DNA of 51,560 nucleotides from a virus (lineage: Duplodnaviria; Heunggongvirae; Uroviricota; Caudoviricetes): IMG/VR virus record IMGVR_UViG_2537561778_000008; one strand, given 5' to 3'. Shown one piece after another: positions 21,330 through 30,361 of the stretch (position 1 is its first letter; every line of letters starts with the position of its first letter). The position numbers were made by a program, and so were the translations under genes. The notes below the pieces were generated by a model, which had not been told where the DNA came from, ran no database searches, and saw nothing but the letters and a program-made list of their open reading frames with translations.

Positions 21330-21442
21330 AGTTTGGTGTGACCACATCATTTCATCAATGATGCCCGAAGTGGGGAGTTTGACGATTGTCCGGTGATTTA
21401 AGCTGCAAAGTGCTGGTGCTTTATGCTTGTGAAGTTTATAAT

Positions 21443-21465
21443 TGTGTACACATAACGAGTACACG
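21443..21465 (+). promoter_or_regulatory. phd-doc operator/promoter region with two GTGTACAC-type palindromes
   Basis: TGTGTACACATAACGAGTACAC directly upstream of phd; Phd/Doc autoregulation is known to use paired palindromic sites. Confidence 0.6.
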
Positions 21466-21473
21466 AGGTGTTT

Positions 21474-21695
21474 ATGCAATCCATTAACTTCCGTACCGCA
21501 CGCGGCAACCTTAGCGAAGTGCTCAATAATGTTGAAGCAGGGGAAGAGGTTGAAATCACCCGCAGAGGCCGTGAGCCAGCAGTAATTGTCAGCAAGGCTA
21601 CTTTTGAAACCTACAAAAAAGCGGCGCTGGATGCTGAATTTGCATCCCTGTTTGACACCCTGGACTCCACCAACAAGGAACTGGTTAACCGATAA
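21474..21695 (+). CDS. phd: Phd antitoxin (prevents host death)
   Basis: 73 aa [45 protein letters not shown]... matches P1 Phd as I recall it; stop overlaps doc start. Confidence 0.9.
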   Translation: MQSINFRTARGNLSEVLNNVEAGEEVEITRRGREPAVIVSKATFETYKKAALDAEFASLFDTLDSTNKELVNR

Positions 21696-22075
21696 TGAGG
21701 CATATATCACCGGAAGAACTTATTGCGCTTCATGATGCGAATATAAACCGCTACGGCGGCCTGCCGGGAATGTCAGATCCGGGTAGGGCTGAGGCCATTA
21801 TCGGGAGAGTTCAGGCCAGAGTTGCCTACGAAGAGATCACCGACCTTTTCGAAGTCTCCGCCACCTACCTGGTGGCTACAGCGAGAGGGCATATATTCAA
21901 TGATGCCAATAAGCGTACCGCGCTAAACAGTGCGCTGCTATTTCTACGCCGTAACGGGGTGCAGGTATTTGATTCACCAGAACTGGCAGACCTTACCGTA
22001 GGGGCTGCGACCGGAGAGATATCTGTATCTACTGTCGCCGCCACGTTACGTAGATTGTATGGTTCTGCGGAGTAG
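21695..22075 (+). CDS. doc: Doc toxin (death on curing; Fic-fold kinase)
   Basis: 126 aa [17 protein letters not shown]... with HxFx(D/N)ANKR motif ([11 protein letters not shown]). Confidence 0.9.
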   Translation: MRHISPEELIALHDANINRYGGLPGMSDPGRAEAIIGRVQARVAYEEITDLFEVSATYLVATARGHIFNDANKRTALNSALLFLRRNGVQVFDSPELADLTVGAATGEISVSTVAATLRRLYGSAE

Positions 22076-22079
22076 ATTA

Positions 22080-22259
22080 ATGGCACGTAAATACAACAAA
22101 TTGTCCCGTAGAGCGTTAAAGATGCTTCTTGATGGCGTGAGTCGCCGCGAGGTAAAGCAATACCTGGTTGGTAAGCAAATTGGTGCCAGGACCGCTATTG
22201 CTGTGTTATGCCGTCAGGAAATGGTTGTGCTTAAACAGAAAATGCCGGGCAGCAGATAA
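22080..22259 (+). CDS. Small basic protein downstream of doc (59 aa; pdcB-like position)
   Basis: ATG 22080 five nt after doc stop; lysine/arginine-rich. Confidence 0.35.
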   Translation: MARKYNKLSRRALKMLLDGVSRREVKQYLVGKQIGARTAIAVLCRQEMVVLKQKMPGSR

Positions 22260-22286
22260 AGCCAAATCAGTGATGAAAGGTGTGAT

Positions 22287-23330
22287 GTGAAAGCCGTAAT
22301 TACTCCCTTTGTACAAAAAGAGCTTGGCGTCGCCACATTCAAAGTGGATCAGGAAGTCAGAAAGCTGGTGGAGGCTGGCCGTAAATTTATTATGGAGCCG
22401 GTGCCGCGTGAGTTAATCGAGCACATGGACGACGGCCTCGTTGTTTCCGAGCAAACTATGGCAACAAATGAGGCGTTGCAGCCGTTTTTTAACAGCGATG
22501 AACTGTTTCGCCGTATTGGTGGAATTGACGCGCTGGTGGCGTGGTTGCGCAGGAAAGAGGGGCAATGCCAGGCCGCAGATCGTAGCTGGTGTGACAACCA
22601 TATTGTCCACGCTGAACGAGACAACAGCGCGGTGTTGTTGTGCTGGCATCACGATAATCATTACCGGATGCGTGGTTTTAATGAGCTGAAAGAAACGCTG
22701 CATAATAATCGCGTTAACTGGATACTGGATGTCGCTCGTCAGGAAATGGGCCTTTCTGATGGTCATGATTTAAGTATTCAGGAGCTGTGCTGGTGGGCTT
22801 TCATGCGCAACATGATCCACCTCATGCCGGAAGAAGTCTGCCGTATATCAATAAATAAGGTGAGGGCTGCAACGCAGGATAGCGGACCTCTGAAAGAGGC
22901 GGATATTCGCCCGTATGACGATCGCGCTACAGCATATGTTCAGATGATGGAAGAACGCGCCGCGCCGATGCGTGCAAAAGTATGCCCTGTGGATGTTGAC
23001 TCCGACCCTGGCATGGCGCATTTCAAAATACCAAAACTGCAATCGCTAAAATTACCTGAGTACATGGACTTTGTTGCTTCCCGTCCATGCTGTGGGTGTG
23101 GAGCTGCGGGAGCTGGCGCTCACATTACGCCTTATATCGTTCGTCATAGTCGATTATGCGCGCATGACATTTACGCAATTCCTCTGTGCCAGTCATGCCA
23201 GCGTGATATTGAGCGTGACCGCGATAATTGGGAGAAGACGCACGGCAGGCTGGCGATGCATCAACGATTGTTCTTTGATTACGCGCTTGGAGTCGGCGTT
23301 ATCACAAGTCACTCGTCGAGCGTTAGATAA
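22287..23330 (+). CDS. Hypothetical cysteine-rich protein (347 aa; pdcA-like position)
   Basis: GTG start; C-terminal [12 protein letters not shown]...[14 protein letters not shown] cluster. Confidence 0.45.
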   Translation: MKAVITPFVQKELGVATFKVDQEVRKLVEAGRKFIMEPVPRELIEHMDDGLVVSEQTMATNEALQPFFNSDELFRRIGGIDALVAWLRRKEGQCQAADRSWCDNHIVHAERDNSAVLLCWHHDNHYRMRGFNELKETLHNNRVNWILDVARQEMGLSDGHDLSIQELCWWAFMRNMIHLMPEEVCRISINKVRAATQDSGPLKEADIRPYDDRATAYVQMMEERAAPMRAKVCPVDVDSDPGMAHFKIPKLQSLKLPEYMDFVASRPCCGCGAAGAGAHITPYIVRHSRLCAHDIYAIPLCQSCQRDIERDRDNWEKTHGRLAMHQRLFFDYALGVGVITSHSSSVR

Positions 23331-23331
23331 A

Positions 23332-23348
23332 ATTGCTCTAATGTATTG
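23332..23348 (+). promoter_or_regulatory. C1 operator-like site (ATTGCTCTAATGTATTG) upstream of the lpa-position gene
   Basis: 11/17 contiguous match; P1 lpa is known to be C1-controlled. Confidence 0.4.
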
Positions 23349-23418
23349 CTATTTATTTAATCGAGGGTATTATATTCGTCGTTGATTAGTTGACATGGGC
23401 TAATCAGTAGGTGACAGG

Positions 23419-23871
23419 ATGTTACTTAACTGGCAGGGACGCCACTTCATGGAAATAAATCACTCACGAATTACATCGTATGAGATTGCGGATTACATGA
23501 TCCGCACTAAATCTCTTCTATCAGCGAAAGAACTCGCAGCAATTCTTGAAAAGGAATACCCGCATCTGGATGTCGATAAGCGCGATGTTTATCTGCGCTT
23601 AAAGGCTATCGCTGTGTCTAAGTATTCGTCTGTTTTGATTGATGACAGTACACGCCCACGTAGATTTCAGATCCACTCTCTGAATCCTGAATTCTTTCGC
23701 CGTAGCCGCGCTCCGCGCCGGTTTGATGAAAAACTCCAGAACGAACTCTATATGACGCAGGACGAAAAGGAACGCCGGGAGCACCAGCCTTGGGTAATGG
23801 CGCGTCAACTTTTCAATAAGGTGGTCCGTCAGCACCGTCATTACGGTAATGCCACATCCGCACGTATCTGA
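23419..23871 (+). CDS. lpa: Late promoter activator candidate (P1 Lpa / gene 10 position)
   Basis: 150-codon ORF directly upstream of pacA, preceded by operator-like site; assigned by synteny only. Confidence 0.5.
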   Translation: MLLNWQGRHFMEINHSRITSYEIADYMIRTKSLLSAKELAAILEKEYPHLDVDKRDVYLRLKAIAVSKYSSVLIDDSTRPRRFQIHSLNPEFFRRSRAPRRFDEKLQNELYMTQDEKERREHQPWVMARQLFNKVVRQHRHYGNATSARI

Positions 23872-23956
23872 TTGATTGCTTGCCCGTTCCGGGCCTTTTG
23901 ACATGTGACTTTCGTTACCCTCGCGTCAAAAAGAGTTTTTACGAAAGGAAGCATAA

Positions 23957-25150
23957 GTGACCTGGGACGATCACAAAAAGAATTTTGCTCGCCTGGCGCG
24001 AGATGGTGGTTACACCATCGCACAGTATGCCGCCGAGTTTAATCTTAACCCTAATACCGCACGTCGTTATCTCCGTGCCTTCAAAGAAGACACCAGGACT
24101 GCGGACAGCCGCAAGCCAAATAAGCCAGTCAGGAAGCCACTAAAAAGCATGATCATTGATCACTCTAATGATCAACATGCAGGTGATCATATTGCGGCTG
24201 AAATAGCGGAAAAACAGAGAGTTAATGCCGTTGTCAGTGCCGCAGTCGAGAATGCGAAGCGCCAAAATAAGCGCATAAATGATCGTTCAGATGATCATGA
24301 CGTGATCACCCGCGCCCACCGGACCTTACGTGATCGCCTGGAACGCGACACCCTGGATGATGATGGTGAACGCTTTGAATTCGAAGCTGGCGATTACCTG
24401 ATAGATAACGTTGAAGCGCGGAAGGCCGCGCGCGCTATGTTGCGTCGGTCCGGGGCCGATGTTCTGGAAACCACTCTTCTTGAAAAGTCTCTTTCTCATC
24501 TCCTTATGCTGGAGAACGCCAGGGATACGTGTATTCGCCTGGTGCAGGAAATGCGCGATCAGCAAAAAGCCGATGATGAAGGTACTCCGCCTGAATACCG
24601 TATCGCGAGCATGCTAAACAGCTGTTCCGCGCAGATAAGCAGTCTGATCAACACCATTTACAGCATCCGGAATAACTATCGAAAAGAAAGCCGGGAGGCG
24701 GAAAAGCACGCTTTGTCTATGGGGCAAGCTGGCATTGTTAAGCTGGCATACGAACGAAAGCGTGAAAATAACTGGTCAGTGCTGGAAGCAGCTGAATTCA
24801 TCGAGGCGCATGGCGGGAAAGTGCCGCCCCTGATGCTGGAGCAAATCAAAGCCGATCTGCGTGCTCCTAAGACCAATACCGATGATGAGGAAAGGCAAAC
24901 TGCCGTCGGTGGCCCTTCTCTTGAAGATCTGGACAAAGTTGCGCGAGAACGGGCCGCCAACCGCCGCGCCGATGCCGCATTGTGGATTGAGCAACGTAGG
25001 GAAGAAATCGCCGATATCGTTGATACAGGCGGTTATGGAGATGTTGATACTGAAGGTGTATCAAACGACCCATGGCTGGAACAAGACCTGGACGAAGACG
25101 AGGAGGAAGACGAAGAAGTTACCCGCAAGCTATACGGGGATGATGATTAA
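23957..25150 (+). CDS. pacA: Pacase small subunit PacA
   Basis: 397 aa, GTG start; contains the pac site; acidic C-terminus ([11 protein letters not shown]). Confidence 0.85.
   Translation: MTWDDHKKNFARLARDGGYTIAQYAAEFNLNPNTARRYLRAFKEDTRTADSRKPNKPVRKPLKSMIIDHSNDQHAGDHIAAEIAEKQRVNAVVSAAVENAKRQNKRINDRSDDHDVITRAHRTLRDRLERDTLDDDGERFEFEAGDYLIDNVEARKAARAMLRRSGADVLETTLLEKSLSHLLMLENARDTCIRLVQEMRDQQKADDEGTPPEYRIASMLNSCSAQISSLINTIYSIRNNYRKESREAEKHALSMGQAGIVKLAYERKRENNWSVLEAAEFIEAHGGKVPPLMLEQIKADLRAPKTNTDDEERQTAVGGPSLEDLDKVARERAANRRADAALWIEQRREEIADIVDTGGYGDVDTEGVSNDPWLEQDLDEDEEEDEEVTRKLYGDDD
24149..24308 (+). other. pac packaging site: seven GATC-containing hexamers in two clusters
   Basis: GATC at 24151, 24158, 24170, 24185 and 24281, 24293, 24304 (TGATCA/G type) within about 160 bp inside pacA. 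Confidence 0.75.
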
Positions 25151-26634
25151 TGGCCAGAAGTTGCGTAACGGATCCACGTTGGCGCGAGCTGGTGGCGCTA
25201 TATCGTTATGACTGGATTGCGGCCGCTGATGTTTTGTTCGGCAAAACACCTACCTGGCAGCAGGATCTGATTATTGAGTCTGTGCAGGAACAGGGTAGCA
25301 AGACATCTGTTTCGTCTGGCCACGGTACCGGGAAATCAGACATGACTTCTATCATGATCATGTTGTTCATAATCATGTATCCCGGTGCCCGAGCCATTAT
25401 CGTTGCGAACAAAATTCAGCAGGTAATGACCGGTATATTCAAGTACATCAAGATAAACTGGGCTACTGCCACCAGCCGTTTTCCATGGCTTGCTGATTAT
25501 TTTGTTCTGACAGAAACCGCTTTCTATGAGGTTACTGGTAAAGGTGTATGGACTGTAGTACCGAAGGGCTTTCGTCTGGGAAGTGAAGAAGCTCTCGCCG
25601 GTGAACACGCAGATCATCTTCTGTATATTATCGATGAAGCCTCCGGTGTCAGTGATAGAGCTTTCGGTATCATCACCGGTGCTCTTACCGGACAGGATAA
25701 CCGCATCTTATTGCTGTCACAGCCTACACGCCCAAGCGGCTATTTCTACGATACACACCATAAACTGGCCAAGCGTCCTGGTAACCCTGATGGCGTTTAT
25801 ACGGCGATCACGCTTAACAGTGAGGAATCACCGTTGGTAACGCCAGCATTTATCAAAATGAAGCTGGCGGAGTACGGCGGGCGTGATAACCCTATGTACA
25901 TGATTAAGGTACGCGGCCTATTCCCTAAATCACAGGATGGCTTCCTTCTTGGACGTGATGAGGTTGAACGTGCAACGCGGCGGAAAGTCAAGATTGCAAA
26001 AGGATGGGGCTGGCTTGCATGTGTGGACGTTGCTGGTGGTACGGGACGGGATAAGTCCGTTATCAATATCATGATGGTGTCCGGCCAGCGAAATAAACGC
26101 CGTGTAATCAACTATCGAATGCTGGAATACACAGACGTTACAGAAACGCAGCTTGCCGCCAAAATTTTCGCAGAATGTAATCCTGAGCGATTCCCAAATA
26201 TCACCATAGCGATAGACGGCGATGGTCTGGGTAAAGCAACGGCGGATCTGATGTACGAGTATTATGGTATTACCGTACAGCGTATACGCTGGGGTAAAAA
26301 GATGCATAGCCGTGAAGATAAGAGCCTGTACTTTGATAAACGTGCTTATGCCAACGTTCAAGCCGCAGAGGCCGTAAAATCTGGTCGTATGAGACTGGAT
26401 AAGGGTAATGAAACTATTGAGGAAGCGTCGAAAATCCCTGTAGGGATTAACTCCGCAGGTCAATGGAAGGTGATGAGTAAGGAGGATATGAAGAAAAAAC
26501 TCAACCTGCACTCACCAGACCATTGGGATACATATTGTTTCGCTATGCTGGCGGATTATGTTCCCCAGGATGAAGTGCTTAGCGTCGAAGACGAAGCGCA
26601 GGTTGATGAAGCTCTGGCATGGCTTAATGAATGA
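25150..26634 (+). CDS. pacB: Pacase large subunit PacB (terminase ATPase-nuclease)
   Basis: 494 aa; Walker A-like SGHGTGKS and Walker B-like LLYIIDEAS; ATG overlaps pacA stop. Confidence 0.85.
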   Translation: MARSCVTDPRWRELVALYRYDWIAAADVLFGKTPTWQQDLIIESVQEQGSKTSVSSGHGTGKSDMTSIMIMLFIIMYPGARAIIVANKIQQVMTGIFKYIKINWATATSRFPWLADYFVLTETAFYEVTGKGVWTVVPKGFRLGSEEALAGEHADHLLYIIDEASGVSDRAFGIITGALTGQDNRILLLSQPTRPSGYFYDTHHKLAKRPGNPDGVYTAITLNSEESPLVTPAFIKMKLAEYGGRDNPMYMIKVRGLFPKSQDGFLLGRDEVERATRRKVKIAKGWGWLACVDVAGGTGRDKSVINIMMVSGQRNKRRVINYRMLEYTDVTETQLAAKIFAECNPERFPNITIAIDGDGLGKATADLMYEYYGITVQRIRWGKKMHSREDKSLYFDKRAYANVQAAEAVKSGRMRLDKGNETIEEASKIPVGINSAGQWKVMSKEDMKKKLNLHSPDHWDTYCFAMLADYVPQDEVLSVEDEAQVDEALAWLNE

Positions 26635-26637
26635 ATA

Positions 26638-26654
26638 TTTGCTCTAATAAATTG
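26638..26654 (+). promoter_or_regulatory. C1 operator-like site (TTTGCTCTAATAAATTG)
   Basis: Core TTGCTCTAATAAATT, 4 nt after pacB stop. Confidence 0.45.
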
Positions 26655-26786
26655 TGTTTTTTAGCTACCGATGTTACATTGAACCTGACCTCTTGCGCCT
26701 TGAGGCATTTTCGGTTTATGCTTATCAGGCACCTCATTAAAACGGGTGCCGGGATTGGAACCCCGGATAATGCAAAAGGCGACACA

Positions 26787-26808
26787 GACGCCAAAAGCGT
26801 CTTTTTTT
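26787..26808 (+). terminator. Rho-independent terminator (GACGC-CAAAA-GCGTC plus T7)
   Basis: 5-bp stem followed by TTTTTTT, about 150 bp downstream of pacB. Confidence 0.5.
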
Positions 26809-26993
26809 GTGTCATGCCATCGCACAGCCATACGTAGCACATAGCTCCGAGATCAATGGTAGTGCTGGCTGGGCTGCCGAAAGGCAGGCCGGTTCCCTTT
26901 TGCGCCGGTAGTTCCAACCCAGTCAGTGCTACCGCCATTGAGATTGGAACCTCACGCGGTAGCTCCTTAAGTTAGCAAAAGGAGGCTGCCATT

Positions 26994-27215
26994 ATGGCTA
27001 CTATCCCTACCCCAACTCACTCTGAATTTATCTGGCGCTTTTACTCCTGCCAGAAACGTCACTATCACTTCGTTATCGCAACAACAGAAGATGAGGCCCG
27101 CTCTCAGCTTCCTGACGCCCCATGTATTTTCTCTGCCCGTTTTTCCACTGATTCACGCAATTCTCTCAGTTACTGGTGCCTCCCTGTTAACGCTTCTGCT
27201 CAGGAGGGAGTATGA
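26994..27215 (+). CDS. Small hypothetical protein (73 aa) with strong SD
   Basis: AAAGGAGG SD 7 nt upstream; stop overlaps next start. Confidence 0.4.
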   Translation: MATIPTPTHSEFIWRFYSCQKRHYHFVIATTEDEARSQLPDAPCIFSARFSTDSRNSLSYWCLPVNASAQEGV

Positions 27216-28324
27216 GAACGTCATTAGTCACCCGTGAAGAAATGATTGAGGCAATTGAACAGCACACAGCCTGTATCAGTACCAGGGATATACCTGGCGT
27301 TATTGCCAACTACTTCATGATCACCAAACAACTTTACCGGAGAAAGGACAAGAACGCGGTTCACCGCATCCTGCTAACCGATATCCGTGAATACCTGCTC
27401 GAACAGGGTCATCTGAATTACGCAACCGTCGCAGCCGAAGCACGCAAGGAGGCACACAGAATGAAAGCAACTAACGTTAAATCAGAAAAAATTTATGCAC
27501 CTTCAGTTCAGGAATCGGAACTGGTGGTTGTTCAGAATCAGCCGGATGAAATTCCCGTTCTGGAATGGCAGGGAGTACGTGTCGTGACAACCGAAACTCT
27601 TGCTAGAGGGTATGGGGTCGATGAAGCCAATATTCGCAACAATTTGTCTCGCAACCTTGACCGCTTTGAAGAAGGTAAGCATTACTTTCTTCTAACTGGT
27701 TTAAAATTAAGAGAATTTAAGAACAGAGTAACCGGAAGTTACTCTGTTGGTAAGAACGCCAGAAGCCTTACACTCTGGACAGAGCGCGGCGCTGCACGCA
27801 TGTCTAAGATCGTGGACACAAATGAAGCATGGGCATTCTTTGAAAAACTGGAAGACAGCTACTTCCGGCAAAAAGAACAGCAACCGATCGCAATCCCCCA
27901 GACGCTTCCAGAAGCTCTGCGCCTGGCTGCCGAACTGGCTGAACAAAAGCAACTTCTGGAACAGAAAGCCCACCAGCTAAATCAGCAGCTGGTGGCCGCA
28001 GCCCCTAAAGTCGATTTTGCCGACCGGGTATCAGTGGCCAAGGGGATCCTGATTGGAAATTTTGCAAAGGTTGTTGGACTTAAGCAAAACGCGCTGTTTG
28101 CCTGGTTACGGGAGAACGGCATCCTGATAGCGTCCGGTGGACGTAAAAATGTGCCGTTCCAGCAATACATCAACGCCGGGTATTTCACGGTGAAAGAAGT
28201 GGTGCTGGATGATGAAGATGGCTACCAGATACGGTTGACGCCTCAATTAACGGGGAAAGGCCAGCAGTGGTTGACGCGTAAACTGCTCGATGCTGGCTTG
28301 TTAAAACCGGTGGCGGCTGAATAA
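27212..28324 (+). CDS. Phage antirepressor-like protein (Bro-N/ORF6N-like N-terminus, KilA-C/ORF6C-like C-terminus)
   Basis: 370 aa; N-terminal EWQGVRVVTTETLARGYGVDEANIRNNLSRNLDRFEEGKHYFLL and C-terminal VSVAKGILIGNFAKVVGLKQNALFAWLRENGIL resemble Ant/KilAC families; domain call from memory. Confidence 0.45.
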   Translation: MRTSLVTREEMIEAIEQHTACISTRDIPGVIANYFMITKQLYRRKDKNAVHRILLTDIREYLLEQGHLNYATVAAEARKEAHRMKATNVKSEKIYAPSVQESELVVVQNQPDEIPVLEWQGVRVVTTETLARGYGVDEANIRNNLSRNLDRFEEGKHYFLLTGLKLREFKNRVTGSYSVGKNARSLTLWTERGAARMSKIVDTNEAWAFFEKLEDSYFRQKEQQPIAIPQTLPEALRLAAELAEQKQLLEQKAHQLNQQLVAAAPKVDFADRVSVAKGILIGNFAKVVGLKQNALFAWLRENGILIASGGRKNVPFQQYINAGYFTVKEVVLDDEDGYQIRLTPQLTGKGQQWLTRKLLDAGLLKPVAAE

Positions 28325-28356
28325 TGGAAGAATGCCCGGTTGATGCCGGGCATAAT

Positions 28357-29208
28357 TTATTGCGCGCTTTCGGGGTTGTCGTTTACTGGCTGCCCCTTCT
28401 TGGTTTTACGGCTGCGCGTAACTGATGCGGCTGACTTAACCTTTTTCTCTTCGCGAGTGATGGCAATTTGTTTTTTTACATTTTCAATATCTGCCAGGCG
28501 ATATATTTTTGCTTGCGGCCAGCGGTCGCAGATGATCGGTTCTATGGAGTCATAAAGGCTAAATTTTGCTTTTTCGAATTCACCGTTGATGATAATTCCA
28601 TCACGGAGAGTTTCATCGCAGATAAACACGCCACACAGTGGCACATGGTAACTAACTGATTTACCATCATTGTAGTTAGGGCTACTGGAAATGTAGTGGA
28701 CGCGCAGCATTGTTTCGCTAAAGCCGTGTACGCGCATACGGAATTTTTCATCCTCCGGGTACTGCCTCATTAGCTCTTTTGTTGCTTCCAGGTTCTCTAT
28801 GTATTTCGCACTGTGCTCATTGATCCCCGCGCTTTTTTGGATGCGAATGTCCTTATCAATCAGATGAATAATGCGGCCAGCGGTCATGTTGACGCTGTTC
28901 ACAGCTTCTGTCTGATAAGTTGTAACCTTGCGCACACCGCGAAGGATGTTAGGCACTGGATATAAAATAGTCTTTGGGATATTGAGGTCTGGGTACTGTT
29001 CCAGTTCCCGCGCCATTAAAGTCCATTTATCAATTTCAGCCTGAATGCTGTCAGTTTCTTTGAACGGTAGAACGACAACCGGGCGTACAGGACGACCGTC
29101 GCTGGCTGTATCAACGTGTTGGGCGCGTGCAACGGCTTTTTTTAGAAAGAGATCCCTGAAGCTGACGAACTCCTGGTACAGTTGTTCGCCGTAGACATAA
29201 TTTATCAT
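28357..29208 (-). CDS. c1: C1 repressor of lysogeny
   Basis: 283 aa starting MINYVYGEQLYQEFVSFRDLFLKKAVARAQ; matches P1 C1 as I recall it; cognate operators present. Confidence 0.9.
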   Translation of the reverse strand: MINYVYGEQLYQEFVSFRDLFLKKAVARAQHVDTASDGRPVRPVVVLPFKETDSIQAEIDKWTLMARELEQYPDLNIPKTILYPVPNILRGVRKVTTYQTEAVNSVNMTAGRIIHLIDKDIRIQKSAGINEHSAKYIENLEATKELMRQYPEDEKFRMRVHGFSETMLRVHYISSSPNYNDGKSVSYHVPLCGVFICDETLRDGIIINGEFEKAKFSLYDSIEPIICDRWPQAKIYRLADIENVKKQIAITREEKKVKSAASVTRSRKTKKGQPVNDNPESAQ

Positions 29209-29302
29209 TGATCCTCCTCCAGAATTGACATGGTCAATAACGCCCGGCTGAGAAAACCGGTCATTACTGACCTATATTATAGAGGGATCAAACAAAAATA
29301 AT

Positions 29303-29319
29303 AGATTTATTAGTGCATT
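29303..29319 (-). promoter_or_regulatory. C1 operator-like site (AATGCACTAATAAATCT) between coi and c1
   Basis: 14/17 match; overlaps coi stop. Confidence 0.4.
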
Positions 29320-29528
29320 TATTGTGAGTCTAACTGGTTAGTTGCCATGAGATATTCGATTGTGTCAGTGAGGTCATCCAGGTCGTCTTGGGTGATGCGG
29401 TACTCCTGATTGGATATCTTTGAGTAGTGTTCAGCAATGGCGCGGGCAGCGTCGGTTTCGGCAGGGTCTACAGATAAAGCGTTAGAGCAATGTCTAACGT
29501 CGTCGATGGTTGGTTGAATGAAAGCCAT
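29319..29528 (-). CDS. coi: Coi, C1 inactivator
   Basis: 69 aa acidic protein directly upstream of c1 on the same strand, as in P1. Confidence 0.8.
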   Translation of the reverse strand: MAFIQPTIDDVRHCSNALSVDPAETDAARAIAEHYSKISNQEYRITQDDLDDLTDTIEYLMATNQLDSQ

Positions 29529-29766
29529 AATTATGCCTCACTGTATTGACAACACAGAGCCTGAAGCTCTGACCTACTGTTTCACCCATGATCCATGCTG
29601 GGGTAATCTAACAACATTGCGCTGTGTGTAAGATGAGCAATGCATAGCTGTAATGCCGTTGTATAAGGTTTCCCTGTTTGCTCATTTCCTTCTGAGCCGC
29701 TCTACAACGCTGAAGACACATTAAATAGTGAATCCAAAGTCGTATTACGTAACGTCGGCAAAACTA

Positions 29767-29783
29767 TAATTTATTAGAGCAAT
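29767..29783 (-). promoter_or_regulatory. C1 operator (ATTGCTCTAATAAATTA) upstream of coi-c1
   Basis: 16/17 match to consensus. Confidence 0.6.
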
Positions 29784-29849
29784 TGTCAAACAACTATGAA
29801 AAACAATCCAGTTTTTAGCTGGTGGAGTGGGATTTTTCTCTCAAAATTT

Positions 29850-29866
29850 ATTGCTCTAATAATTCT
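29850..29866 (+). promoter_or_regulatory. C1 operator (ATTGCTCTAATAATTCT)
   Basis: 14/17 match; forms a convergent pair with 29767-29783. Confidence 0.55.
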
Positions 29867-29909
29867 TGATTTTTATGCGCAGCTGGACGTAAACTCCTCT
29901 TCAGACCTA

Positions 29910-29943
29910 ATAACTTCGTATAGCATACATTATACGAAGTTAT
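29910..29943 (+). other. loxP recombination site
   Basis: Exact 34-bp ATAACTTCGTATA-GCATACAT-TATACGAAGTTAT, 419 bp upstream of cre. Confidence 0.97.
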
Positions 29944-29962
29944 ATTAAGGGTTATTGAACAT

Positions 29963-30100
29963 GATCAATTTACCTGTAAATCCATACAGTTCAATACCTT
30001 ATCGGGTCAAATAGTGATCACTTGATCATTTGATCAAGTTTGCGCTACGTAAAATCTGTGAAAAGTTGGCAGTGTTAGTGCTCCAGATTTCGCGTAGCGC
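29963..30100 (+). promoter_or_regulatory. cre upstream control region: four GATC sites and a 17-bp imperfect inverted repeat
   Basis: GATC at 29963, 30016, 30024, 30032; IR GCGCTACGTAAAATCTG (30042-30058) / CAGATTTCGCGTAGCGC (30084-30100). Confidence 0.45.
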
Positions 30101-30361
30101 ACTTAGCACCACCAATCAATCAGAGGTGAAAAATGGGATATTCAGCTGCTAAAGTGTCCACTCATCTTGAGCTTGAGAAAAACCGTGGTTACTGGCGGGC
30201 AAAAGGGTTTGATCGTGATAGTTGCCAACTGTCATTATCGCGCGGTGAAGAGAAAATAGTACGCACGCGCGGTCGCTGGCGTTTCTATGGCGAGAACCAT
30301 AAACAGGTAAAGGCAGAGCCGATCCTGTACACTTTACTTAAAACCATTATCTGAGTGTTAA

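Noticed and set aside
26820-26990. Possible small RNA between pacB and the antirepressor-like module
   Set aside because: Only short imperfect repeated motifs (GTAGCTCC) without a convincing stem-loop or promoter/terminator pair.
30133-30354. 73-aa ORF between loxP and cre
   Set aside because: Lies in the cre promoter/GATC control region with no convincing SD; treated as spurious.
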